A program made the translations under genes and the position numbers. From Paraspadella gotoi (lineage: Eukaryota > Animalia > Chaetognatha): a stretch of 64,000 bases of DNA. Shown here one piece after another: positions 26,151-39,849 of this stretch. The notes beneath the pieces are model-generated. The model did not search any database. It was given only the letters and a program-made list of their open reading frames with translations, and had not been told where the DNA came from. The stretch lies in assembly GCA_051294375.1 (NCBI GenBank), contig CM119264.1, positions 18,487,812 through 18,551,811 on the forward strand, in the 5' to 3' direction. The stretch's first letter is position 1; each line of letters begins with the position of its first letter.

Positions 26151-26755
26151 TTCTTTCTTATTCGTTTTCTCTCTCTCTTCTATCTCTTTCATTCTTTCTT
26201 TCTTTCTTTCTTTTTTCTTTTTCTTTCTTTCTTTCTTCTTTCTTTTTTTATCTTCAAGAGCGGACGATTAGCGTCGGCGTCATCTTTCTTTCTCTCAAAT
26301 CGATCCGGCAAAATCCCCTGACGCCGTTTCCACGCCCACTCTCTCTTTCCTCCAATCTTTCATCCATTGATTCCTTTCCTTTTTTCCGACTTCTTTATTT
26401 ACGTTTCCCTTCGACCTTCCAACCTCGAAAACCCTCCCCTGCTTTCCTCTTCACTTTTCTTCCCTCATTTTGAGCTTTCTTGTTCCTTTTCTTTTATTTT
26501 CTTCCAAAACTTTTTTCTTTACTTTTTAATTCATTTGCTTTTCATCTTTTTCGATTATTTTTTTTTTCATTTTCCACACCTTTCCCTTTTGTTCCTTTCC
26601 TCTCCTTTCCACTCACCCTATCCCTTCGTTTCTACCCTTGCCTCCACCCACTTCCGCTCGACGGCCCGAAAAGGGGCTCGCGAGTCAGTTTTAAATGGGC
26701 TGCGAATAAACCGTTTAACCGACTCAATTTTGTTTTCGATTCGTCGGTACTTTCT

Positions 26756-26910
26756 CGCTCCCATCGCTTCTCCCATCGCTTCTCACATCGCTTCTCCCAT
26801 CGCTTCTCACATCGCTACTCACATCGCTTCTCCCATCGCTTTTCACATCGCTTCTCACATCGCTTCTCCCATCGCTTCTCACATCGCTTCATCTATCGCT
26901 TTTCCGATCG
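26756..26910. repeat. 12-bp minisatellite (CTC[C/A]CATCGCTT)n, ~12 units
   Basis: Visible tandem units with C/A variants, degenerating at the 3' end. Confidence 0.9.
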
Positions 26911-29382
26911 CTTTGGAGGTCATTCTCTTCCCTCGATGGGAGATCAAATTTGCTTTAACATTGCTTCTAGTTGAGAGATTTTTCAAATTTGTTAGATTTT
27001 ATGTTTCCTTTTCTGGGTTGAGATTCCGACTTATCTTCCGTTTTACATACGAATATTGTGCAAAAGTATAATTTAAATTAAGCTTATTATCTGTATGTTA
27101 CCTAAAAAGAGGTAAAAAAAGGTAGCAACTTCCAAATTTAACTTCAAGGTACAATCATATAGTACTTTTTGTGTTAATGCTGAAGGTTGAATATTTCTCA
27201 GTTTTTCCTTTTTCTTATTTTGGTTTTTTTCGGTCGATGCATATCTGTCCAAATTCTTTCGACTTTTATTCCCAATTCCTGTCACTCGCTTTGTACACAA
27301 AATTATTTTAAAAAATAAACCCTTTTTTCAGGTCTTTTTCAATTATTAAGTGAGAGCGAGGTTAGAGCTTTCTAAATTTAGAGTGATTAAATAAAGAAAA
27401 ATAGTATGTTATGATCAGTTTTGGTTTACTGAAGATTTAATCAACCTTTGGTTGAAAGACAACGATCCAACGTCTCCGCTTCTCCGCTTTTCCGCTTCTC
27501 CGCTTTTCCGCTTCCCAATTCTCCGCTTCTACACGAAGTAATGAACGTGAAATTTGTGATCATTAAATTCTTAATAGAAGGACGACTTGTCTTCGAGCGA
27601 GGAAAGATTCGAGGCTAAATTAGAGCGGGAAATGGGAAAAGAACGAAAGAAGAAAGAAAATAGAGAAAGAATAATAGAAAGTAAAGACGGAGGAAACGTC
27701 GTAATAAGGAAAAGAGAAAGTTAAAATTCTAAAGATCGTAAACAGCAAAAAATGAAGTGCAAGTATTGCGTGGAACGAAATAGAGAAGTTAAAAGTAAAG
27801 CACGTAGTATCTCATTGAATCGAACTCCTTTAGACTCTCGCTAGTATTTTCCTCCATTTTTTCTCTCGAATCCATTTTGACTTTGCTCCCTTTCCTCCTT
27901 TCCTCCTTTCCTCCTTTCCNNNNNNNNNNNNNNNNNNNNNNNNNNNNNNNNNNNNNNNNNNNNNNNNNNNNNNNNNNNNNNNNNNNNNNNNNNNNNNNNN
28001 NNNNNNNNNNNNNNNNNNNNNNNNNNNNNNNNNNNNNNNNNNNNNNNNNNNNNNNNNNNNNNNNNNNNNNNNNNNNNNNNNNNNNNNNNNNNNNNNNNNN
28101 NCCTGGAATCGCTGCAAATCACCAGTGTTGTTGCATCTGTCGTCTTTCTTTCAGACGGCAGCGGCGCCAGCTGCCGCTGCTTCTGCGATTTCCGCTGCCC
28201 CCGCGGCGGCCTTCAAAGTCACATCTGCTACGCCGAGAGTTTTAAGCTGCGTGATTTCGACCGAGGTTCTGATGCTTTCGATGCCGTAGTCGTCGTCGTC
28301 GTCGTCGTCGTCGTCGGAAGGCTTCGGTTAAAAGGAGAAAGAAGATTTGTCTTGAGACCAACAAGATGGAATCTACAAAGATGAAGGGAAACTGTGGCGA
28401 CGACGGCGACGACGATGACGACGAGAAGAACATTTCAGATCGAGCATCGATTGTATCTAATAGGAAAAGTTTCTCTACTCACGCAAAACAATCTCAGATG
28501 AAAAAATATAATTTTAGTTTTTTTATTCATTTTCTTTCCCCATTGGTTCGATTAGAAAAAATTGTCGCGGATTGCGAGAATGGAATTGTGGGAAATTAAG
28601 TTAAGAAATTGCTGTATAAAAAAAGTAAAGTTGCGATAAGTTATTGTCGAAACAAAGTGATCAGGAGATTTATATAACTACAACTAACAAACGAAACACA
28701 AAAAAATATTTGTTCATATATCGCGGAAAAAATATCGAATTTCCACAAGAAAGACTCGAAGAGCTCATGAGTAAAGCCAAAACAAAGAGACTCGTGACCC
28801 GGAAGAAGAGTCGACTCTGGTTCATCTCGATTTGGGATTTGGGAGAAGAAGGAAGAAAATCCCTGTTTTGGCGCCGCGATTGACCCTGGATAATCGCTTG
28901 GCAACTCCACGCCAACCACTTGGGCTCTTCCCCAATTATCCTTCTGCCATTTCGAGCAGATTCATCCAAAAAGTCCAGTCTTGCTTGTTTACAATTTCAC
29001 GATGTGCGATTAGACGCAATTCAGTCCTTATATACGTGTGAGGATGACAGAGAATCGTAATTTCTACTCATACAAGGGTGAACAAGACGAGCAAAACTCA
29101 GAAAACCGATATGGACAAAATATATGAAATAAGAAACAAAATCCGGTCCCTCAAACCTGGGGCGAGCCGTCTCTATTTTGCCACCATCCGCCAAAGATTC
29201 TCTCGATTTCACCTTTACTCTCGTTCTTTCTTTCTTTCTCTCTCTCTCTCTCTCTTTTTCTCTCTTTTTCTCTCTCTCTCTTTTTCTCTCTCTTTCACTC
29301 ACACATTGTGCGAGAGAAGCTACAAAAAGAAAAAAAAAAACATTCGTGCCAGCCCGCCTCTCGCTGGTTCGGTTCGTCTCGT

Positions 29383-29451
29383 CCAATCGGGGACTTTCCC
29401 GACCTGGAATCCACCAATCGTCAACTTTGAGAATCCGGAATCCGCCAATCG
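29383..29451 (+). promoter_or_regulatory. Candidate promoter/enhancer: three CCAATCG boxes at 31-bp spacing plus a kappaB-type site
   Basis: CCAATCG at 29383, 29414 and 29445; GGGGACTTTCCC at 29389-29400. Confidence 0.5.
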
Positions 29452-31438
29452 TCGCTCGGGAAAATACAGTCTTTTTTTTTTTGTTCGACTCTCATTATAT
29501 TCGTCGTCCGTCGACGAGTCTCACTCTTTCTCTCCGTCCCCGGGTACTTACCAGGAGCTCTTCCACCGTCATCTCCTCTTCCTCTTCTTTATCTTTTACC
29601 TCATCCTCCTCCTCATTTCCCATCCTCCTCAGTTGCCCGTGAAATGTTTTCTTCCTCGTCGCCCCTCTCTCCTCCTGCCCCCCCCTTCTCCCCTCCCCCT
29701 CTAAGCTTCTTCTGGGCTTTTGCGAGCTTCTAAAATCTAAACGCGACGCATCGTCTTCTTTCTTTCCTCCGCTATCTCTCTTTTTACTATGCATACATTT
29801 GCACTCGCCTCTTTCTCTTCCTTCCAAATGTTTCTTTCAACAAATTTTCGACCTTATTATTATAAAAAGAAATAAACATTTCCTTAAACATATTGGTTTT
29901 AAATCGCCTTTAATTTTCTGCATATTTTTCTCCTTTTTACCTACTTCCTTTTCTATAAAATCATAAATATTAAAAACATTCGCAATTTGCCATTTAGACA
30001 ATCCTACAAGCAAACAAAATGTTTATTATTGCTTGACGAACTCCTATTAATAAACTTCATCCTCCTTCAAGGTGTCTTTCCATCTCACTCCTCTCCCCAC
30101 GTCCTTTTAACTCTCCTTTTCCCCACCCCAACAGCCAACGCCCCCTAACGTGAGATCTTGAGACTTTTCTCGGTCGAGTACTCAAACGGCGCCACCACCG
30201 TCGCCACCACCTCCACCACCGCCACCACCGCCAACCCATAGGCTTTCCTCGGTTGGCTACTTAACAGGCATTTCTTTCGAGTTTCCGCTTCTCGGTTTCG
30301 ACGGCGACCGAGCGTGAGACGCAGCGTGAGACGCCGCGAGCGAGGCGCCCTCTTCCGGTTACTTCCGTTTCGCTGCGAAAGAGGAACGAGAGAAGGGAGC
30401 AGCATATATCGAGCAGAGAAAACGTGCAACGTGAACGATGTCGTAAAAAAAAAAGAAAAAAGGGGGAAAAAAGTTCATCCCTCTGCCGCGTAAACAGGAT
30501 GAATATTCTGGTCACATTCTCCTTTAGTTTCCAAATCCAATCAATTTATTGAGATTATTGCGGCTGGATTATAGTAGATGTCTGTGCTGGTCATATTGTT
30601 ATATTCAGTAATATTATGGACTATTGCATTCAGTAAAAGAAAACGTAAAATACTTTTAATGTGGTTTACAACAACGACGTTTGTATTACAAGAAATTGTT
30701 TGTAATCTCAACGGAAGAAAGAATCAGAACAATGTCATTCAGTAATCATATTCCTAGATAATAAACTGTTGAATATATCGCCTTAGTAGACGGAAAAGAG
30801 GCAAAAATGCTCTTGGTACAATCCAATCTCTAAGCAGACATTCCCAAGTCGGCCATATTTGTTTGAGTTGCCATTTTGTCGACCGGCGAATCCTCGCCGA
30901 GTTTTTGGCAATTTTCTCCTTTTTGTTCTTTTTTTTTCATTGATTTCGGTTTTCGACAACGACGACGACAACGACGACACGACGACCCCTACGTGTCAGA
31001 ACCTCAACTAACTGTACTGTCCCATTCGTTTCTTTTCTCCCCATCACTTTTTCTTCAAACGCTCCTCTGATTTGTCAATTATCAATTTTTTTTTTCTCTT
31101 CTTTTATACCTCTCTCAACCTCTCTCTCTTATTCCTGTATTGTTTCCATCATTTATCTTTTTTTCCCATTCATTCTTTTCACCGTCATTTTTCATTCTCA
31201 CTCAACCGGTCAACTTCTTTTTCCATTCTAAACTCTTTTCTTTCCTTTCCTCCCTTTCCTCCGCCTCAATCTCCTCCCAAGTCCGTTCTCTCCTTCGTCC
31301 CGTTTTATCGATTCGTTGTCCTCGCACGCGAAACTGACGCCTCATCTCTCCATCTCTTCCTTCGCTTCAAAATATATTATTATTATTATGTCCACCCAAA
31401 GTGCAACAAAATCTCTCACGGCAGTCTCCCTTTAGTGC

Positions 31439-31562
<124 letters not shown>

Positions 31563-32736
31563 TCTATCTCTTCTGCTCTTCCGCTTTTCCCTGTTCCAGC
31601 TGCTTCTCCTCCTCTTCTCTCCCATACTCAATCTCTCGCTCTTCGACTTCTCATTTCCTTTTGTGACGTAAAACGGTAAAAGTAAAACACTTATTCGAAA
31701 CATATTAGACAGGAAAGCGTAAAAATGTACTACAGATCTCATTTATTTAATATTACTTTTTACAGTTGTTTTTTATTAGAGATTTAGTTGAGTAGTTCAT
31801 CTATTATTACAATCATCTAACGTTAGGATTCTAATTAAAAATAAAATAGTCTATTTACACATCTTTGCTTCAATTCACTTTGCGTAGAGTCGTATTGTCG
31901 AAATTTCAGAACCTTAAATCGACAATACCTTCTCAAGCAATACATTCTATTCGGCGCTCAAACGAGCATAAGTTCCCGCTGCGACTGCGGCTAAGCTCAT
32001 CAGGATTCACCTCGCTCTCTCCGTCCCTCTCTCAGCAGTGGCTGCAATTTTACGGCGACAATGACGACGACAGAAAAAGGAGACGAAAAACCTATAATAA
32101 TAACGACGTCGCTGACGACAACGCGGTTGACGATGTCGCCTGATGACAACGACGTCCACAACGAAAACGACGACGACGACGACTTATCTCAAACATGAAA
32201 GAATCAACTGACGGCACCGACACCTCAACTCCCTCGTACGCCGCCACTAACTCGCGCTCTCTCTCTTCACCTTTCGCCAACGCGGCCAACGAAAATAAAA
32301 TTAACAACCACAACAACTTCCTTTCGACAAGGTTGAAAGACTGCCTCTTCTCCTCCTCCTCATTCTTCTCTTCCTCCTCCTCTTCAACTCCTCTTCTAAT
32401 CTTTATTCGCACCATCGTCCGACTTCTTCCTCCCCTCCTCTCCCCCTCTTCTCTCGGTGTTATGATATTCCGTAGACTCGCCTCTTTTTTTTCCCTGCGA
32501 GTTTTTTCCGATTAGCGTAACGCTATTAACGCCCCCGCACGCCGAGCAGATCCGCGCTGCCATTTTCGCGTTTTATATTTACGGAAAGAAAAAGTTTCAA
32601 TTTTATATGAGGTAACAGTTTACGCCAATAGAACTACGAAGTGAAATAGACGGCGTTTTCTTTTATGATAGTCAAATGACGATTTCTAGATGCGTAATAC
32701 GCAGATGGGACTTCGTGACTATAGGTCAGACGTGGC

Positions 32737-32812
32737 GGGGGCTTTCCCAGTGGGCGGGGGCGGTGGCTCGGCGTGCCTCGGGCGAGGTGGTAGTGGCTCG
32801 GCAGCGGGGGCG
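32737..32812 (+). promoter_or_regulatory. GC-rich motif cluster: kappaB-like site and two EGR/Sp-type sites
   Basis: GGGGCTTTCC at 32738-32747; GCGGGGGCG at 32754-32762 and 32804-32812; retained in the duplicate at ~36350-36430. Confidence 0.35.
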
Positions 32813-33009
32813 TGTTTCGATGTCGGCAGCGATTCTCACTTCACTTCGATTATTTCGTGAAACTTTTTCTTCTTTCACGATTTGAAGGTCGCAGGGTGAC
32901 TGGGGTGAATCGAGGGAAGGAAGAAGGGGGGGTGAAAGATGATGAAGATCGAAGGGGGAAAGAAGAAGCCGATCTTGAAATTTACATTTTAATTTCATTG
33001 TAGGTTGGA

Positions 33010-33062
<53 letters not shown>

Positions 33063-33081
33063 GAGTGTTTGCTCTGAAGTC

Positions 33082-33177
<96 letters not shown>

Positions 33178-34252
33178 AGCAGAGAGAGAGAGAGAGAAGA
33201 ACAAACAGTGTATCGAAAAGTCCGTTTAATTCTAATTATTTTCCGATTTTATTTCGTATTTTTAGAAAAAAAAGGTTTTTTCCACGTAAAAAGTCAACAC
33301 ATCGTAATCATCGTCATCACCATTGTACATTGTATTACCTTTCAACATCTTCATCATTCAACTCCATCGTCCCCGCCCTTCTCCAACATCACCATCGCCC
33401 CTCTCATCCCCGATTCGTGTCCCCGCCCCCCTGGATTCTTTCTTCGCTCGTTCTTCGCTTCCCGTCGGATCGCATCCGAAGGCCGCGAATCCTCGGACTC
33501 CATTTCCCTTTTGTTTCCTCCTTATCATTTTATTTCTTTCGATAAAATCGAAGATCGAAGTGGCCGAAGACGCGAGATGGAGATGAATCTCGTCTCGGGT
33601 TCATCCTCGCTTCGTCCATGCGCTCCACCTTTTTTAAATTGCTAATTTTTGCCCAACCCCTTTCCATCTCGTTCGCTCAACTCCCTCTCATTGGCTCAAC
33701 CTCTAACCATCCCAACCATAATCACTCAACTGCTCGACCTCTCTTCTTGTTTACTCAACTTTACTCCGTCTCATCACCTCCTTTTCTATCCATCTCCTCT
33801 AACCTCTAACTATCTCTCGCTCTCTCCTTCTCAGCTCGTCTTCTGACTTCTCATCCTCGAAACTCCGCCGGCTGGATTCAATCTTAGTTTGTTTAAATGT
33901 ATGCTAAATAGATAAAGAAGCGTCGAGACTTAATATCTTTGCTCGGCTCTACCTTTTACAAGCGAACGCGGACGCTCGCGTGAAACGTCGTCTCGTAAGT
34001 GTCACGACGTTGCGTCATTCGTTGACGTTAATTCGAATCATTATCTCGAGTTTTCGGGGTCGAAGAAAACAAAATAAACAACTGAGTCGAACGCCAAAAA
34101 GCCAAAACGAAAAAAGGAAGATAAAAAAATAAAAAAACGCCCCAAAAAATGGTTTAAATAAAATATATAAATAGCCTATAACAGGGTGAAAATTTCATCA
34201 TGATTGCAAATCCACGATCGACTCGGCATTTTATTCTATTCTTCCGATATTA

Positions 34253-34298
<46 letters not shown>

Positions 34299-36706
34299 TG
34301 CATCATTTCGACGAGTTAAAACGGGCATAAATGGTGTTTGAAATAATCTCAATGATCTTCTTACCTTTTTTAATCTTCGCCTAACATTAAACGGTATTAA
34401 ATTTTCTATATTTTCGTAAACACAATTTGTTTCTTCAGCTTTCAGTTTTTTTTTTCTTCTCTTACCGTTTTAACTTTATTTTAAATCATTTACCTACGAT
34501 TTTAGCATTGTCTCTTTTATTTCAGAAAAAAAAAATTTAGCATCATTTAAAAAAATTTTAAAACTTAATAAATTTTAATTCACGACGACCAATTTAAGTT
34601 TTAATCAAAATAATGAGAACGGATGGTTACGTTTGTCCGTTTGTCCGCCTGACCCAAAACTGAGAGATCTTTCCAAGCGTCGTTATTAAATTTAATTTCT
34701 TGCTTTTATTTTATTGACGACTTCGTTTGCAGCGAAACGCGTGTGGTCCGAGCTTCCCCCCCCCCTCCAACTTCGAAAAAACTTTGGGAGTAAAAAGATG
34801 ATGGTGAAATCATCCGTGGATGTTTTCGGATTATCAAGAAAACCTCGCGGTTTTTTGGGTTTTTTTTTAGGAAGAGGTTGGTTTGAATTAAAGTCTATCA
34901 TTTCACATCACGGGCTTTTGTTTGAATGCATCACATTTATAATTTTATTTTGATTCAGGAGATTTAAACGAACAATTCAATACTTGTGCAAGGTGCTTTT
35001 AAAAATAAATTTCGGTTTATCGGGATCCAGTCTAAATTCACAAAATAAATTTTAAAAAACTGATTTGAAATTAAAAATACGTAAAAAAAACTAAATTCTC
35101 TTCTCTCATATCTCTTGCTCCTTGCCCGACTTTCCCCTGTTCCAGCTGCTTCTCACTCCTCTTTTCCTCCGTTCCCTCTTCCCCCAATTTAAACTTCCAC
35201 TCTCAATCTCTCGCTCTTTCGACTTCTCATTTCCTATTTGTGACGTAAAAACGTAAAAGTAAAACACTTATTGCGAAACATATTAGACAGGAAAGCGTAA
35301 AAATGTACTAGCAGATCTCATTTATTTAATAAATTACTTTTTACAGTTGTTTTTTATTAGAGATTTAGTTGAGTAGTTCCATCCTATTATTAAAATCATC
35401 TAACGTTAGGAATTCTAATTAAAATAAAATAGTCCTATTTACACATCTTTGCTTCAATTCATTGCGTAGAGTCGTAAGCTGTCGAAAATTTCAGACCTTA
35501 AAATCGACAATACCTTTCAGCATAATATTCTATTCGGCGGCTCAAACGAGCATAAAGTTCCCGCTGGCGACTGCGGCTAAAGCTCATCAGATTCACGCTC
35601 GCTCTCTCCGTCCTCTCGTCAGCAGTTGGCTGCAATTTTACCGCGACAATGACGACGACAGAAAAAGGAGACGAAAACCTATAATAATAAACAGATACGT
35701 CGCTGATGACAACGGCGGTTTGACGATGTCGCCTGATGACAACGACGTCCACAAACGAAAACGACGACGACGACGACTTATCTCAAAACATGAAAGAATC
35801 AACTGAGGCACCGACACCTCAACTCCCTCGTACGCGGCCACTAACTGCGCGCTCTCTTCTTCACCTTTCGCCACGCGGCCACGAAAATAAAATTAACAAC
35901 CAACACTTCCTTTCGACCAAGGTTGAAAAGACTGCCTCTCTCCTCCTCACTCAAATATCTTCTCTTCGCTCCCTCCTCTTCAACTCCTCTTCTAATCTTT
36001 ATTCGCAACCAATGCGTCCGACTTCTTCCTCCCTCACTCTCCCTCTTCTCTCGGATGTTATGATTAATTCCGTAGACTCGCCTCTTTTTTTTCCCCTGCG
36101 AGTTTTTCCGATTAGCGGTAACGCTATTAACGCCCGCCGCAACGCCCGATGCAGATCCCGCGCTGCATTTTCGCGTTTTAATATTTACGGAAAGAAAAAA
36201 GTTTCAATTTTATATGAGGTAACAGTTTTACGCCAATAGAACTACGAAGTGAAAATAGACGGCGTTTTCTTTATATAGTGCAAATGACGATTTCTTATGA
36301 TGCGTAATAGCGCAGATGGGACTTCGTGACTATAGGTCCAGAACACGTGGCGGGGGCTTTCCCGTGGGCGGGGGCGGTGGCTCGGGCGTGCCTCGGGCGA
36401 GGTGGTAGTGGCTCGGCAGCGGGGGCGTGTTTCGATGTCGGCAGGCGGATTCTACTTCACTTGCGATTTATTTTCGTGAAACTTTTTCTCTTTCAACGAT
36501 TTGAAGGGTCGCAGGTGACTTGGAGGTGAAATCGAGGGAAGGAGAGGGGCGGTGAAAGATGATGAAGATGCGAAGGGGAAAGAAAGAACCGATCTGAAAT
36601 TTACATTTTAATTTCATGTAGGTTGGAAAGTCTCTCTCTCTCTCTCTCTCTCTCGTCTGCTCGTCTCGTCTCTCTCTCTCTCCCAGAGTGTTTGCTCTGA
36701 AAGTCC

Positions 36707-36796
<90 letters not shown>

Positions 36797-37360
36797 GAGA
36801 GGGAGAGAGAGCGAGAGAGAAGAGAGAGAGAGAGAGAGAAACAAGACAGGTTATCGAAAAGTCCGTTAATTCTAATTATTTCCGATTTTATTTTCGTATT
36901 TTAGAAAAAAAAGGTTTTTTCCACGTAAAAAGTCAACACATCGTAATCATCGTATCACCATTGTACATTGTATTACCTTTCAACATCTTCATCATTCAAT
37001 CCATCGTCCCCGCCCTTCTCCAACATCACCATCGCCCCTCTCATCCCCGATTCGTGTCCCCGCCCCCTGATTCTTTCTTCGCTCGTTCTTCGCTTCCCGT
37101 CGGATCGCATCCGGAAGGCCGCGAATCCTCGGACTCCCATTTCCCTTTTTTTCCTCCTTATATTTTATTTCTTTCGAAAAATCGAAGATCGAAGTGGCCG
37201 AAAGACGCGAGATGGAGATGAATCTCGTCTGGGTTCATCCTCGCTTCGTCCATGCGCTCCACCTTTTTAAATTGCTAATTTTTGCCCTAACCCCTTTCCA
37301 ATTCTCGTTCGCTCAACTCCCTCTATTGGCTCAACCTCTAACCATCCCAACCATAATCAC

Positions 37361-37971
37361 TAAGGCGTAGTAAAATTCCTAAGTTAACTTTAATTAAAAT
37401 TCTAAAAGTGAGGAATGAACAACATTATACTATGAACATTTATGTATAAAAAAAAAATTATAATAAATTTTACAATTACGCAGTTAGGCCATATTATACT
37501 AGTACTAAACCAATAAAATGTTAAAATTTCAAAACAGTTTTTTTTCTACAGATTTTTTTGCAGATTTGGATTCGTCATAAAAAGTGATAAAAAGAAATAT
37601 AACTCATTTTGAAAAATTCCTTCATTAAGTGGTCAAAAATTAGAAACAGCTATATTTTAAACTGAAATTTAACTTTTTATATATTAAATATAGTTTTTTA
37701 ATTTTTAACCTACTTAATAAAGAATTTTTAAAAATGAATTATATTTTCTTTTATCAACTTTTGACGAGGAATTCAAATCTGCAATCAAAATTAGAAAAGC
37801 CTATTTTAAAATTTTTCGATTTTATAAGGATAGTACTATATTATAAATATATGCCTACTGCAAAAATTAAAAAACATAAAATTAATTTTTTTTACAAATT
37901 AATGTTCACTGATGGTATGTTGTTCATAATTGACTTTTAAAATTTTTGTATGTAACTTTCACTACGCCTTA
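37361..37971. mobile_element. hAT-superfamily non-autonomous DNA transposon, 611 bp
   Basis: Termini TAAGGCGTAGT(A/G)AAA...TTTCACTACGCCTTA, fitting the hAT YARNG end consensus. 8-bp target duplication ATAATCAC (37353-37360) / ATAATTCAC (37972-37980, one extra T). Empty site with a single ATAATCAC at 33718-33725. Confidence 0.9.
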
Positions 37972-39433
37972 ATAATTCACTCACTGCTCGACGCTCTCTT
38001 CTGTTTACGTCAACTTTACTGCGTCTCATCACCCTCCTTTTCTATCCATCTCCTCTACTTAACCTCTATACTATCTCCGCTCTCCTCCTTCTGCTAGCTC
38101 GTCTTCTGATTACTCATCCTCGAAACTCCGCGTCCGTGGATTCAATCTTAGTTTGTTTAAATGTATGCTAAATAGATAAAGAAGCGTCGAAACTTATAAT
38201 ATCTTTGCTCGGCACGGCTTACGCGGGCGCTCGCGAAACGTCGTGTCGTAAGTGGTCACGACGTTGCGTCATTCGTTGACGTTAATTCGAATGCATTATC
38301 TCGAGGTTTTCGGGGTCGAAGAAAACAAAAATAAACAACTGAGTCGAAACGCACAAAAAGCCAAAACGAAAAAGAGAAGATGAAAAAAATAAAAAAACGC
38401 CACAAAAATAGTTGTTTAAATAAAATATATAAATAGCCTTTAACAGGGTGAAAAATGTCATCATGAATGAAATCGCACGATCGACTGGCATTTCTTTCTA
38501 TTCTTTCCATTTATTATATTATTATTTATGTAATTATCTATTATTATTATTATTTGATTAATTTTATATTCGTATTATTATTATAATATTCGCAATTCGA
38601 CGAGTTAAAAGGACGGACATAAATGGTGGTTTGAAATAATCTCAATATGCTATCTTACCTTTTTTTAAATCTTCGCCTAACATTAAACGGTATTAAATTT
38701 TCATATATTTTCGTAAAACACAATATTGTTTCTTCTGCCAGCTTTCAGTTTTATTTTTTTTCCGTTACTATTTTAATCATTACTCGTTACCATTGTCTTT
38801 TTATTTAAACTTAATTTAGCATGCATTTAAAAAAATTTAAACTGGAAGTAAATTTTAATTCACAGACGACCAAGTTTAGTTTTAATCAAAATAATGGAGA
38901 ACGGATCGGTTACGTTGTACGTTGTGTTCGTTTGTCGCGCTAGACTCCAATAACTGAGAGATCTTTTCTAAGCGTCGTTATTAAAATTAATTTCTTTGCT
39001 TTTATTTTATTGACGACTTCGTTTGCAGCGAAACGCGTGTGGTCCGAGCTTCGCCCCCCGCTCCCAACTTTCGAAAAAAACTTGGGGAGTAAAAAGATGA
39101 TGGGTGAAATCATGCCGTGGAATGTTTGCGGATTATCAAAGAAACCTCGCGTGTTTTTGGCGTTTTTTTTTAGGAAGAGGTTGGTTTGGAATTAGAAGTC
39201 TATCATTTCACATCACGGGCTTTTGTTTTGAATGCATCACATTTATATTTTTAATTTGATTCAGGAGATTAATAAACATCGAACAACGAACATCAAATAT
39301 TTGTGGCAGAGGTTGCTTTTAAAAATAAATTTCGGATTTATCGGATCCAGTTCTAAATTCGACAAAGAAATTTTAAACTGATTTGAAAATTAAAAATTCT
39401 CGAAAAAAAAACGTAAAATAGCTCTCTCCTCTC

Positions 39434-39487
<54 letters not shown>

Positions 39488-39849
39488 TTCTCTCTCCTCT
39501 TTCGTCCGAGACCGGAAAGTGGGAATAACCTTGACGGACTGCCCATCTCATTCTCTCTTTTTCNNNNNNNNNNNNNNNNNNNNNNNNNTAGCCTCTCTCT
39601 CCTCGTCTCTTCGTCATCTTCGATCCCGTCAGAAGTTAGAGGTCCCCCTGTTCGCGTGTGGTCGCCGTCTCTCGTCTCTCTCGGTCTATTCTGCTCGCTC
39701 CTCTTCCTCGTCGCTCTCTCTCTGTCGTTCCTTTTTTCGTTTCCGGCCCTCCGTCGCGGGAGAGCCGAAACCAGGTCCGTAGGCGCCGCAGCCTAATTAC
39801 ATTGTGAAAGTGGGGAAGGAAAACTTGAGCGGGAACTGCCATTGTCAAT

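Noticed and set aside
25871-27071. ORFs with SFFL and IASH repeats; 12-bp array as CRISPR-like
   Set aside because: Translations of micro- and minisatellites; no unique spacers, no cas genes, eukaryotic context.
30349-30370. Tandem ETS-like CTTCCG motifs
   Set aside because: Too short and common to call a promoter without other support.
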